From positions 78,212-142,211 of the forward strand of contig JBPOGF010000011.1 of NCBI GenBank assembly GCA_051251915.1: DNA of 64,000 bases, written 5' to 3'. Below are positions 40,342 through 49,698 of the stretch, in pieces. The first letter of the stretch is position 1; every line of letters starts with the position of its first letter. A model generated the notes under the pieces. It was not told the origin of the DNA, ran no database searches, and saw only the letters and a list, made by a program, of their open reading frames with translations. This DNA is from Akkermansiaceae bacterium. Lineage in GTDB: Bacteria; Verrucomicrobiota; Verrucomicrobiia; Verrucomicrobiales; Akkermansiaceae. The translations under genes were made by a program, and so were the position numbers.

Positions 40342-40881
40342 GTGATCCAACGAATAACACAAGCCGATGCCCAAGAGTTGTTCACCCTTACAACTCAAAA
40401 CCGGCAATTCCTACGCCAATGGCTCCCGTGGCTAGATGAAACCAAAACCTTGGACGACACCAAAGAATTCATCAGCAATTCAACCACTGCTTTCGAAATC
40501 GGTCACCGCATCACCTACACCATCCGCGAATCTAACCAATTAGCCGGCATCTGCGGATTTAACCAACTCGACTTCAATAACAAGATCGCCTACATCGGAT
40601 ACTGGATCGGCGAATCCTTCCAAAGCCGAGGAATTGTAACCAAAGCATGCCTAGAACTAGAAAAAATCGCCTTTGATGACCTAAAACTCAAAACCCTAGA
40701 CATCAGAGTCGCCGCAAAAAACCACAAAAGCAGAGCCATCCCAGAGAGACTAGGCTACCAAAAAATCACCACTCTCCCAAATGCCGAGACCCTCTACGGC
40801 AAGCAAGTGAATCATATAGTCTACCAAAAACAAAACTTGTTAGATCCTACCTCCGCCCCTGTAGAGCACGCATCAGAGTAA
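40342..40881 (+). CDS. RimL-like GNAT N-acetyltransferase
   Basis: NRQFLRQWLPW, IGYWIG..FQSRGIVT, NHKSRAIPERLGY. Start uncertain (GTG 40342); overlaps the recR 3' end by 35 bp. Confidence 0.85.
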   Translation: MIQRITQADAQELFTLTTQNRQFLRQWLPWLDETKTLDDTKEFISNSTTAFEIGHRITYTIRESNQLAGICGFNQLDFNNKIAYIGYWIGESFQSRGIVTKACLELEKIAFDDLKLKTLDIRVAAKNHKSRAIPERLGYQKITTLPNAETLYGKQVNHIVYQKQNLLDPTSAPVEHASE

Positions 40882-41452
40882 GCTCATCCGCATGTTCTAA
40901 CCCTCCACCTGCTGGTAAACCTTGAGCTATCCTAGTAACCTTACACTTATGCTTCTCTAAGATCTCCACCAGATAATTTGCCGTAGCCTCACCTTCCACA
41001 TCAGAACTCAAAGCCAAGATCACTTCCTGATCCTCAGATTCATTGCTAGAAATCCTCCTCAAAAGCTCAGAGATATTCAAATCATCAGGGCTAGTATTAT
41101 CCAACGGCGAAAGCTTACCTCCAAGACAATGATAATACCCACCAAACGCACCAGATCGCTCCAACGGTAACACATCCGTAGGATGCTCCACCACACAGAG
41201 ACAACTAGCATCACGCCCCGTGTCCTCACAAAGATCACACCTCCCCTGTGTCGCAAAAAATCCACACCTCTTACAAAGAGATACCATCTCACGAGAACAA
41301 TCCAAAGCCTTAGACAGCTCCTCAGGATTCGCCTTCTGATGCTGTATCATCCACACAGCAATCCTCTCCGCACTACGAGGCCCTACACCTGGAAGCCTCT
41401 TCAACTCAGCAATAAGAGCAACAACTGCCTCTGGATAATCTAATCTAGACAT
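40847..41452 (-). CDS. recR: Recombination protein RecR
   Basis: LPGVGPRSAERIA HhH motif, C4 zinc finger, Toprim CVVE, EGEATA. Confidence 0.96.
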   Translation of the reverse strand: MSRLDYPEAVVALIAELKRLPGVGPRSAERIAVWMIQHQKANPEELSKALDCSREMVSLCKRCGFFATQGRCDLCEDTGRDASCLCVVEHPTDVLPLERSGAFGGYYHCLGGKLSPLDNTSPDDLNISELLRRISSNESEDQEVILALSSDVEGEATANYLVEILEKHKCKVTRIAQGLPAGGGLEHADELTLMRALQGRR

Positions 41453-41457
41453 AATGA

Positions 41458-42051
41458 TTAATCTTTAGGTTGGTATTTATCAGCCTCTAGCTCTCTTTGC
41501 TCCTCAGTCACCACCAACGGAGAAATATCAATATCCTCAGCCTCAGGTTTCACCACCTTCACTTTCATAGGAACCAACATCTCACAAGGCATCCTATGCT
41601 GACAACTATAAATAAACGCACATATCCAAGACCACAACACCCCAACAAACACCGTCATCGGCGACCAAAAAACATCCCACAGCATCAGCACCGGCGAACT
41701 CAAAATCACCACCGCAGACAACAACAAAATCATCATAACCCGACGCCACTTCTTATCAGTATCCAACACCGCAAACGAAATCCCAAAGGTAAACAACAGC
41801 ACCAAAACCCAATCCCACGCTACATGCCACCCACTCGACTCCGCCATATAAAACGGCTCCCCCATATAGTATTCTTTCAGCGCCAGACCCACCCCTTCAT
41901 ATCGATCGATGACCGATAAAATAATCGTCAACACCGCTCCCACCGCGCCACAAATCAGCGCAGGAAGCATCACTTCCCCCTCAGGTTTATCTGGTTTAAC
42001 TGGAGCCACTACGCCTTGCTGCTCTGAAATATGTTCGCTAGTTGATTGCAC
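41458..42051 (-). CDS. Hypothetical membrane protein (4 TM)
   Basis: Four hydrophobic segments; 3-5 bp gaps to both neighbours on the same strand. Confidence 0.7.
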   Translation of the reverse strand: MQSTSEHISEQQGVVAPVKPDKPEGEVMLPALICGAVGAVLTIILSVIDRYEGVGLALKEYYMGEPFYMAESSGWHVAWDWVLVLLFTFGISFAVLDTDKKWRRVMMILLLSAVVILSSPVLMLWDVFWSPMTVFVGVLWSWICAFIYSCQHRMPCEMLVPMKVKVVKPEAEDIDISPLVVTEEQRELEADKYQPKD

Positions 42052-42054
42052 TTT

Positions 42055-43725
42055 TTAGTCACTGGTTGAAGCCGATTCAGCGGAACCATCTCCGCCCTCC
42101 TCATCCTTCTTGGCGACATCATAAGAGCGAACTACCATGTCACTCAAGAACTTGTCTGCATCTTTTATCGCTTCTTTACAAATTTCGAAGCTCTCCCGAC
42201 CATTATTTCCCTGTATCAGCTTAAGCCCAAACTGGTAATCCTTAAACTTAGTCCTACATATCTGTAACACACTGCGTCCCTGAATCGACGACAATTCAGC
42301 CAACTCCAGCACCGCATCCTCGGTAAAGTCCATATGCACCCCATGTTTAGCACTAAATTCCCGCGTATAAATAGCCACCTCATCACGCACTTTCTCGATA
42401 TTTACCTTCAGTCCCTCCTCCCGATACCTCGCAAGAACAGCCTCCTTATTATCGATTAAATCCGCATCAATCTTCAGCTCAGAAACAGACGTCCCAGGAA
42501 GCTCAAACTTAAACTCCCGCAGCATATCCGCCAACACCGTCATCAGCGCACGCGCCCCAGTATTCTCCTTCTCAGCTAACTCCGCCACCTTCTCAATAGA
42601 GCTATCCTCAAAGCGCGCATGGATCCCATACGCCTCAAATTCCCGCTCATACTGCCGCAAAATACTACCCTCAGAAAACTTCATAATATTCACAAAGTCA
42701 TCCTTCTCCAGCTTCTCACACACCACCCTCACAGGCAGCCTCCCCACAAATTCCGCCTCAAAGCCAAAATCTATAAAATCCTGCGTCTCCACATTCCTAA
42801 ACAACTCACTATCCAGCACCTCAGTCCGCTCACCAGTCTGAAAACCTATCCGCGTACTCTGCACCCGCTGAGAAATAATCTTCTCCAGCCCAGAAAACGC
42901 CCCACTCACAATAAACAAAATGTGCCTAGTATTTATCGTCTCCTTCTTCGGCTTAGCCCCACGTTCCATCGCCATCATAGACATCATCTGACCCTTCATA
43001 TCCATCGGATTACTCAGAGCCACCTCAGTCTCCTCCATCAGCTTCAGCAAAGTCGTCTGCACCCCACGCCCACTCACATCCTTACCAAATGAACCACCAC
43101 CCTTACTAGCCAGCTTATCCACCTCATCTATATAAATAATCCCATACTCCGCCAACTCCACATTCCCATCAGCCTTCCTCACCAACTCACGAACCAAATC
43201 ATCCACATCACCACCCACATACCCAGTCTCAGAGAATTTCGTAGCATCCGCCTTCACAAATGGAACCCCTATCATCTCCGCAATATGCTTCACCAAATAA
43301 GTCTTCCCCACACCCGTAGGCCCCACCACGATCACATTCTGCTTCTGATACTCCAGCGTATCCTCCTCCCCACTCTCCTCCATCGCACGCACATTCTTCG
43401 CATGATTATAATGATCACACACCGCAATCGACAAAGCCTTCTTAGCCTCATCCTGCCTAATCACAAACCGATCCAAATGCGTCTTAACCTCCCTAGGAAT
43501 CAAATGAAAATCATCCAGCGCCTCCAACGTATCTACTATCTCCATCGGTTCCGGTTCCTCATCCTCAGGCACCCCCTTATCCGCATCCTGCATAAACGGA
43601 CTAAATGCCATCCCCTTCCCACCTATCTTACTAAATAAATCCTTCAACGTCTCCTGCATTTCCTCAGGTGTTGGTGGAGAGTCTGGTGTAGTCGGCTTCT
43701 TCTCGTTATCTTTTTCACTCATCAT
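42055..43725 (-). CDS. ClpX-like AAA+ ATPase lacking the zinc-binding domain
   Basis: GPTGVGKT, DATKFSETGYVGGDV, IYIDEVDK, KDVSGRGVQ, IGF loop, EFVGRLPV, TGARAL. Confidence 0.88.
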   Translation of the reverse strand: MMSEKDNEKKPTTPDSPPTPEEMQETLKDLFSKIGGKGMAFSPFMQDADKGVPEDEEPEPMEIVDTLEALDDFHLIPREVKTHLDRFVIRQDEAKKALSIAVCDHYNHAKNVRAMEESGEEDTLEYQKQNVIVVGPTGVGKTYLVKHIAEMIGVPFVKADATKFSETGYVGGDVDDLVRELVRKADGNVELAEYGIIYIDEVDKLASKGGGSFGKDVSGRGVQTTLLKLMEETEVALSNPMDMKGQMMSMMAMERGAKPKKETINTRHILFIVSGAFSGLEKIISQRVQSTRIGFQTGERTEVLDSELFRNVETQDFIDFGFEAEFVGRLPVRVVCEKLEKDDFVNIMKFSEGSILRQYEREFEAYGIHARFEDSSIEKVAELAEKENTGARALMTVLADMLREFKFELPGTSVSELKIDADLIDNKEAVLARYREEGLKVNIEKVRDEVAIYTREFSAKHGVHMDFTEDAVLELAELSSIQGRSVLQICRTKFKDYQFGLKLIQGNNGRESFEICKEAIKDADKFLSDMVVRSYDVAKKDEEGGDGSAESASTSD

Positions 43726-43875
43726 TTTGTATACTGAAAACCCTGCCCCAGATATCCACTTTCGCTACTAGAAAATCAGAGAAATTTTATCATCACATCA
43801 AAAGAATTCACCCACCATCAAAACTGACAGATAATATGTTTGTTAATTCCTCAACCTACAGCATACGTTTTACCC

Positions 43876-44190
43876 ATGACATTTAAAAACGTAACCGCAG
43901 AAGCAAAAGGCAACATCTACTTTGACGGCAAAGTAGTCTCACACAAAATCACCCTCGAAGACAACACCACCAAGACCCTAGGCATCATGTTCCAAGGCGA
44001 CTACCACTTCGGCACTGAAAAGGCTGAGCGCATGGACGTCACAGACGGCACATGCACCGTCACCCTCGACGGCTCAGATGAATCCAACAACTACACCGAA
44101 GGTGAATACTTCGAAATCCCAGCAAACTCAGGCTTCGACATCAAAGTAACCTCAAGCACCTGCCAATACGTCTGCTCATACATCGACTAA
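43876..44190 (+). CDS. ppnP: Pyrimidine/purine nucleoside phosphorylase
   Basis: NIYFDGKVVS, TLGIM, FGTEKAERM, FEIPANSGF, YVCSY; start at ATG 43876. Confidence 0.9.
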   Translation: MTFKNVTAEAKGNIYFDGKVVSHKITLEDNTTKTLGIMFQGDYHFGTEKAERMDVTDGTCTVTLDGSDESNNYTEGEYFEIPANSGFDIKVTSSTCQYVCSYID

Positions 44191-44208
44191 ACTCACACCC
44201 CTCCCTAC

Positions 44209-44868
44209 CTACCTCCCCATATCAGATCCATCCACATTTGGATACCTCGCCAGCAGCCGCGGGTGAACTTCACCGATCCGATAATACCGCTTATCTCCTC
44301 GCCTGACCTTCACCAAGCTACCACTCTGCACAATCATCACAAAAGTCAGAATCATCATCAGACCCACTACCGCAAAAAGGTAACTCTTTGAAGTCATTCC
44401 ATAGGTAAGAAAAGCAACGGAAACAAGGATCACCAACGATTGCTTCCACACCTTCTTAGTTTCGTTCACCCGCAAATATTCAGCACAATAAAAATCAACG
44501 TTAGATTTTTTCCTCAAAAGCACGGGCACAGCATGAACAGTCATTAATAGAAAAATTGGATTAAAAAACCAACCTTCAACCATAGGAAAAAACAGGTTCA
44601 AAAAATAGAGAGCAAAAAGAACCACATACAATAACTTGAGCATCACATAGTTTTTCAAATAAAAACGATGAATTGGCAACGGCAACGGCTCCACATGCCT
44701 CGCCACATCCTCTCCAGTTACAAAACAAACCCTCGGTGAAACAAAATCACTCCGAAATACCAAATCCCCACCATCCGCATACGCCACCTCAGTCAGACCA
44801 TCCGCACTAAACGGTGCCACCGCACCAGGCGCCTCATAAGGATTCACCTCCCGCTCACTTCTGGACAT
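44209..44868 (-). CDS. Hypothetical membrane protein
   Basis: N-terminal NPYEAP motif and four TM segments; overlaps the upstream peptidase stop. Confidence 0.7.
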   Translation of the reverse strand: MSRSEREVNPYEAPGAVAPFSADGLTEVAYADGGDLVFRSDFVSPRVCFVTGEDVARHVEPLPLPIHRFYLKNYVMLKLLYVVLFALYFLNLFFPMVEGWFFNPIFLLMTVHAVPVLLRKKSNVDFYCAEYLRVNETKKVWKQSLVILVSVAFLTYGMTSKSYLFAVVGLMMILTFVMIVQSGSLVKVRRGDKRYYRIGEVHPRLLARYPNVDGSDMGR

Positions 44869-45595
44869 ACATAAAGTCCAACAAACTATTCACCGCCGCC
44901 GACTGCACCGCCACTCGATGCCTCATCTCTAGAGCACTAGGTGACTCAAAAGTAAACGAAAGCACACACCCCCGCTTCGCCATATAGATCGCCTCAGGCC
45001 AGTGCCCCATCAGATCAGCCTCCGCCTCGTGATAAATCCACCCCCTACACCTCACCGCATGCTCATCGATCAGCTCTTCAGCTTCCAACGGCATAACCTC
45101 AGAGATCCGCTCCGCCATGTATTCATAACGCTCAGGCACATCCCCACACGTATTAATCTCGTAATAATAAAACCCCTTACTCTCCCAGTCCTCATGCAAC
45201 GAAATAAAGAGCTCAGGCTTCCGAGCTTCTAACCATTTCACATGTCCCTTCACCTCTGCATTTCTCAGATGGTGATAATCTCGGTTCATATCCTTACCCC
45301 TAGCATTCTCCCGCGTCCCCAGCGCAAACCCAGTCGGATTCAACATCGGACAAACGTGAAACGACAACGGCCTATCTAACAACCCACTCTCTAACATAGA
45401 CAACAACGCCTCCGGCCCCCCTGGCTCATCACCATGCATCCCCGTAGAAATGTAAACTACAGGTAAGTTTTCCCGCAGCAAGTCATACCCCCTAAGCTCA
45501 TGCCCATCCACTTCAGCATACACCTCACACACCGCCCCCGCATTCCGCAAGATCATGTCCACTTTCTGTGTATAGTCTGTAAGATCAAATTTCAT
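44855..45595 (-). CDS. M14-like zinc metallocarboxypeptidase
   Basis: GMHGDEPGG, NPTG, REN...DMNRDY, SLHED, FTFESP; start taken at ATG 45595. Confidence 0.85.
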   Translation of the reverse strand: MKFDLTDYTQKVDMILRNAGAVCEVYAEVDGHELRGYDLLRENLPVVYISTGMHGDEPGGPEALLSMLESGLLDRPLSFHVCPMLNPTGFALGTRENARGKDMNRDYHHLRNAEVKGHVKWLEARKPELFISLHEDWESKGFYYYEINTCGDVPERYEYMAERISEVMPLEAEELIDEHAVRCRGWIYHEAEADLMGHWPEAIYMAKRGCVLSFTFESPSALEMRHRVAVQSAAVNSLLDFMYVQK

Positions 45596-45714
45596 CAATA
45601 GTGAAAGTTCTTTATCAATCTCAGCCAACTTTCCCAGCATAAACTTTGAAACAACCATCCCTTCATGCTAACGCTCGACGGAATGAAATGTTTCCTTTAA
45701 AACACCCAGTCATC

Positions 45715-46779
45715 ATGGCGTCACCAGACTCACCCCATAACCAACTCCAAGAACTCATCCGTTCCAAGCAATGGAACAGCGCCCTTGTTATCGCCTATGA
45801 AATGCTTGAGACCCAGCCAGAGTCATCATGGCTACACACCACACTTGGAAAAATCTACTACCACCTACAAGAATACAAACACGCAGAAACCTCCCTCAAA
45901 ACCGCCATCTACCACCACCAACACTACGCAGATGCCCACACCCTCCTAGGTCAAGTCTACCTGAAAATGAACCGCATAGGCTCCGCAGACGACCACTGCA
46001 AGCAAGCCCTCGCCCTAGACTCCTCAGACATCCAAGCCTTAAGCCTACATTTCCAGATCAAATTAGCCTACTCAGACCTCCCCGCCGCCAAAGAATGCTA
46101 CGCCACCATACAGCGACTCAGCTCAGACCAAGAATTACTCCATAAACTCCAGTTTGACCTCATCCGCCACCACGCCAATAAAGAACCCGTCGACCACAAA
46201 TCAGAAATTTCCTCCCGCCAAGAACTACTGATAACCCACCCCCACAACTCCGCCACCCACGCACAACTAGCCTACCTCTACAACCACTTCACTCAAGAAT
46301 CCGACCTAGCACAAACCCACATCCAAACCGCACTCCAGCACAACCCCACCGACCCACAAATCCAAGAAACCTCCACCCTCATCCACCGCAAGAAAAACCT
46401 CTGGCTCCGTATTCTAACAGCCCCAACACTATCCCTCACCCGCCCCCACCAAATCAGTAAAAATGAAGTCGCCACCGTTGGCTTAGTAGTATTAGCACTC
46501 ATCACCATCGCTATCATCGGAAACCACACCCCATGGATCATCCGCACAGCAGTCTTCACCATCATCACCATCTTCTTCTGCTCCTACACAGCTAATCTCG
46601 CCTACCAATACCTCCACCGCACAGAAATCATCCACCGCCACGGCAAAACCTCCCACTTCAAAGCCCCCTACCTCAACATCCACCTCCTACCATTCCCTAA
46701 GCGCAGACTCATCATCGTCACACTCACCATCCTCTCATGGGCAGCACTTGCACTCAGCCTATTTCTCATCACAAGATGA
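45715..46779 (+). CDS. TPR-repeat protein with three C-terminal TM helices
   Basis: TPR patterns (LGKIYY..A...LKTAI; AHTLLGQVYL..A...CKQAL; HAQLAYLY..A...IQTAL) followed by hydrophobic segments. Confidence 0.82.
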   Translation: MASPDSPHNQLQELIRSKQWNSALVIAYEMLETQPESSWLHTTLGKIYYHLQEYKHAETSLKTAIYHHQHYADAHTLLGQVYLKMNRIGSADDHCKQALALDSSDIQALSLHFQIKLAYSDLPAAKECYATIQRLSSDQELLHKLQFDLIRHHANKEPVDHKSEISSRQELLITHPHNSATHAQLAYLYNHFTQESDLAQTHIQTALQHNPTDPQIQETSTLIHRKKNLWLRILTAPTLSLTRPHQISKNEVATVGLVVLALITIAIIGNHTPWIIRTAVFTIITIFFCSYTANLAYQYLHRTEIIHRHGKTSHFKAPYLNIHLLPFPKRRLIIVTLTILSWAALALSLFLITR

Positions 46780-46840
46780 AATAGAAAATTTCCCCTTCTT
46801 TATACTACCCTCAATACAGATCAGGTGCTAGTAGTCTAAC

Positions 46841-48499
46841 ATGAATCTTTTACCGACCTGGGCCGCTGAAGTCATTGCCTCATACGAAAGCAAATCCGCA
46901 GGATGTTTCCTCCTCCACGGAAATGTCAACGACAGACTCCTAGTCTCACCACCACTAGAATCACCAGCCCTCGGTAACCTAACAGATTTCATCCAGCAGA
47001 TCCTCGTCCCAAGATTCGACGTAGTCATAACATTCGACATGGGCTTCGGCCTCCGCGTAGACCGTGGTAGCGACGTCTTCTCAAAATGGAAAACCTACGC
47101 AGACGCCCCACAGCTCCCCCACAAGCCACTCGATGCCTGCCGCTTCGTCTCCAAGTACCTCCTCTACTGTAGAAACCTACAAGCCATTGGCCAAAAAGCC
47201 CCAAAAGTAGCATTCATCATGAAGCAAGCCCACCTAGCCTGCCCATCCATGCCGAACCTACACAACTACGAGCTAAACTCCCTCGCCGCACTCATCCGCG
47301 GCTGGGCAGACGATGACCGCCTCCAAGAGTTTAACCAAGCCGCCTTCCTCATCTCAGAAAACCTCAACGGCATCCACCCACTCGTCTCAGACTCCCCACG
47401 CGTCAGCAACATCGAGATCACACTCCCAGACGAACACGCCATCACCCACTCACTCATCGAACTCGCCAAATCCTGCCCTAACGCCATGCAGAACTACAAA
47501 GATGACCCCAGCGTCATCTCCACCAGACTCACCGGCGCCACCCTAAGCTCACTAGAGTCACTACTAAAAAGACTAGAACACGACGGCAAAGTCCTCGACG
47601 ATAACAGACTAGCCGGCCTCAAAAAACAACTCGTCGAACGAGACTGCGACGGCCTCATCGACTTCGTAGAACCAGACAGAAACCTAGACGACTGCATCGG
47701 ACTCGAAGGCGTCAAGAAATGGCTCCGCGAAGACATCATCCTCTGGCAGAAAAATGAACTCCAAGCCCTCCCCATGGGCTACCTCTTCTGTGGCCCAGTA
47801 GGAACTGGCAAAACCTTCCTCGCAGAATGCCTCGCCGGTGAAGCCGGTGTCCCAGTCGTCACCATGCGTAACTTCCGTGACAAATGGGTAGGCTCCACAG
47901 AAGCAAACCTAGAGAAAATTTTCTCCCTCCTCCATGCCCTCGGCAGATGCATCGTCTTCGTAGACGAGGCAGACCAAGCCCTCGGAAAACGCCAAGGCGG
48001 CTCAGGTGACTCCGGAGTCTCCAGTAGAGTCTACTCCATGATGGCTAAAGAAATGTCGAACACCCGCAACCGTGGCAAAATCCTCTGGGTCCTCGCCTCC
48101 AGCCGTCCAGACCTCATCGAAGTCGACCTCAAACGCCCCGGCCGTGTCGACGTCAAAATCCCACTCTTCCCATCACTCAACCCACAGGAAGGCTTCAGCC
48201 TCATCCGCGCACTCTGCAAACGCAGAAAACTAACCATACCTAAAGAAGCACTCACAGATCTAACAGATCTCATCCCCACCCTCCTCACCCCCGGCGCAGC
48301 AGAAGCCATCTCAGTCCAGACCTTCCGCATCCACAAGACCACAGACCTAGATGCCCTAGGCTCACTCAAAGCATGTCTTAGCGATTACCGCCCACCTGTT
48401 CCAATGGAAACATTGAAATTCCAAATGCGTATCGCAGCCCAAGAGGCTACCGACGCAAGCCTTATACCAGAAGAGCTAGAAGATCTGTTAGAGATCTAA
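46841..48499 (+). CDS. Classical-clade AAA ATPase with a degenerate N-terminal AAA-like domain
   Basis: GPVGTGKT, pore loop DKWVG, VFVDEAD, SRH SSRPDLIEVDLKRPGRVD; N-terminus FLLHGNVND. Confidence 0.9.
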   Translation: MNLLPTWAAEVIASYESKSAGCFLLHGNVNDRLLVSPPLESPALGNLTDFIQQILVPRFDVVITFDMGFGLRVDRGSDVFSKWKTYADAPQLPHKPLDACRFVSKYLLYCRNLQAIGQKAPKVAFIMKQAHLACPSMPNLHNYELNSLAALIRGWADDDRLQEFNQAAFLISENLNGIHPLVSDSPRVSNIEITLPDEHAITHSLIELAKSCPNAMQNYKDDPSVISTRLTGATLSSLESLLKRLEHDGKVLDDNRLAGLKKQLVERDCDGLIDFVEPDRNLDDCIGLEGVKKWLREDIILWQKNELQALPMGYLFCGPVGTGKTFLAECLAGEAGVPVVTMRNFRDKWVGSTEANLEKIFSLLHALGRCIVFVDEADQALGKRQGGSGDSGVSSRVYSMMAKEMSNTRNRGKILWVLASSRPDLIEVDLKRPGRVDVKIPLFPSLNPQEGFSLIRALCKRRKLTIPKEALTDLTDLIPTLLTPGAAEAISVQTFRIHKTTDLDALGSLKACLSDYRPPVPMETLKFQMRIAAQEATDASLIPEELEDLLEI

Positions 48500-48838
48500 A
48501 AACTCTAACAGACATCGATCTATCAAACTAGCTCAAACAGAGCGATGAATCACCACTATAACCCTAAATTCAGCGTAAACTTAGCGTAAATTTCACGGCT
48601 TTACGTAATTCTATCAAAAAACTTTCATTTTATTTTACTTTAAATGAAATAAATTAACCGACTCAACATAAGAGAGTTATGAAAAATAAAAAGCATTGAC
48701 ATTTTATATATCCTAATCAACAGCGCCATAAAAGAGTTGCGCTTTCGTGATCGCCAACTTAGAAGGTGTCGGGCGAAACTCAAAACCTATTCCGTAACAA
48801 ACTAACCTTAAGTTACATATAAAAAATAACCACCAATC

Positions 48839-49447
48839 ATGAAACACTATTTCACAAAAACTGGATTAATTCTCATCGGATTCATGGCTATGACAAGTTG
48901 TGCATCATCTGGCTCATCCACTGCAGAAGCGACTAAGAAAACCACTAACAAAGAAGCAGTAGTAGCCACACAATCTAAAGCGATCGGCAAAGACAAACAC
49001 GGAATGCCTACCTACACAGACGCATCTAGAACCCGTCACGTAAGAGCCACAGCTTACTCACACATGGAAGGAGAAGTTGGAGCACCTGGCCGTAAGAACG
49101 CAGCAGGAACCATCCTCAAATACGGCAGTACACGCAGCGCAGCTGCTGACTGGTCACGCCTTCCTCTTGGAACTAAATTCAAAATCCCTAGCCACCCTGG
49201 AATCACCTACGTTGTAGATGACTACGGTTCAGCACTCGCTGGCACAAACACCGTCGACATGTTCTACCCTACTCTCCGAGCTATGAACAACTGGGGAACA
49301 CGCAACGTTACTATCCAAATCATCCAAATGGGATCATTTGAGCGCAGCGCTAAGCTCCTCAAAGGCCGCCTCCACGCAGCACATTGCCGTAAAATGTATT
49401 ACGCAATCACCAAGAAGCTCAGCTCATCATCAGTTGCAGCCAACTAA
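48839..49447 (+). CDS. 3D-domain lipoprotein (MltA-like lytic transglycosylase fold)
   Basis: Lipobox MTSC; RATAYS, AAADWS..PLGT, VDDYG, TVDMF (three Asp). Confidence 0.85.
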   Translation: MKHYFTKTGLILIGFMAMTSCASSGSSTAEATKKTTNKEAVVATQSKAIGKDKHGMPTYTDASRTRHVRATAYSHMEGEVGAPGRKNAAGTILKYGSTRSAAADWSRLPLGTKFKIPSHPGITYVVDDYGSALAGTNTVDMFYPTLRAMNNWGTRNVTIQIIQMGSFERSAKLLKGRLHAAHCRKMYYAITKKLSSSSVAAN

Positions 49448-49477
49448 AATTTCCTAGTAAACAATCTTCTATCAAAG

Positions 49478-49509
49478 AAAGCCATGTTGTTCTGCAACAT
49501 GGCTTTTTT
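49478..49509 (+). terminator. Intrinsic terminator
   Basis: AAAGCCATGTTG-TTCTG-CAACATGGCTTT followed by a T run. Confidence 0.9.
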
Positions 49510-49574
49510 GTCTTTACCTTCCTACATTTCAACACTACAAACAACCCACCAACCAACTACCTTTTTATACTATC

Positions 49575-49688
49575 ATGATGGCACGCAAAACAATCGAACT
49601 CGTAATCAAACTCTTCATCGTCGCACTCGTCGCTACAGCAGGACTTTACGTCTATAATGTGCTAGAACTCATGGGCGCAGTCTCATAA
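49575..49688 (+). CDS. 37-aa single-pass membrane microprotein
   Basis: MMARKTIELVIKLFIVALVATAGLYVYNVLELMGAVS*; C/A-ending codons like neighbouring genes; 10 bp before the M23 gene; missed by the ORF track. Confidence 0.6.
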   Translation: MMARKTIELVIKLFIVALVATAGLYVYNVLELMGAVS

Positions 49689-49698
49689 ACCTGAAGCT

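Noticed and set aside
35005..40881. Integron cassette array
   Set aside because: Spacers are mostly too short or overlapping, with no attC palindromes and no intI.
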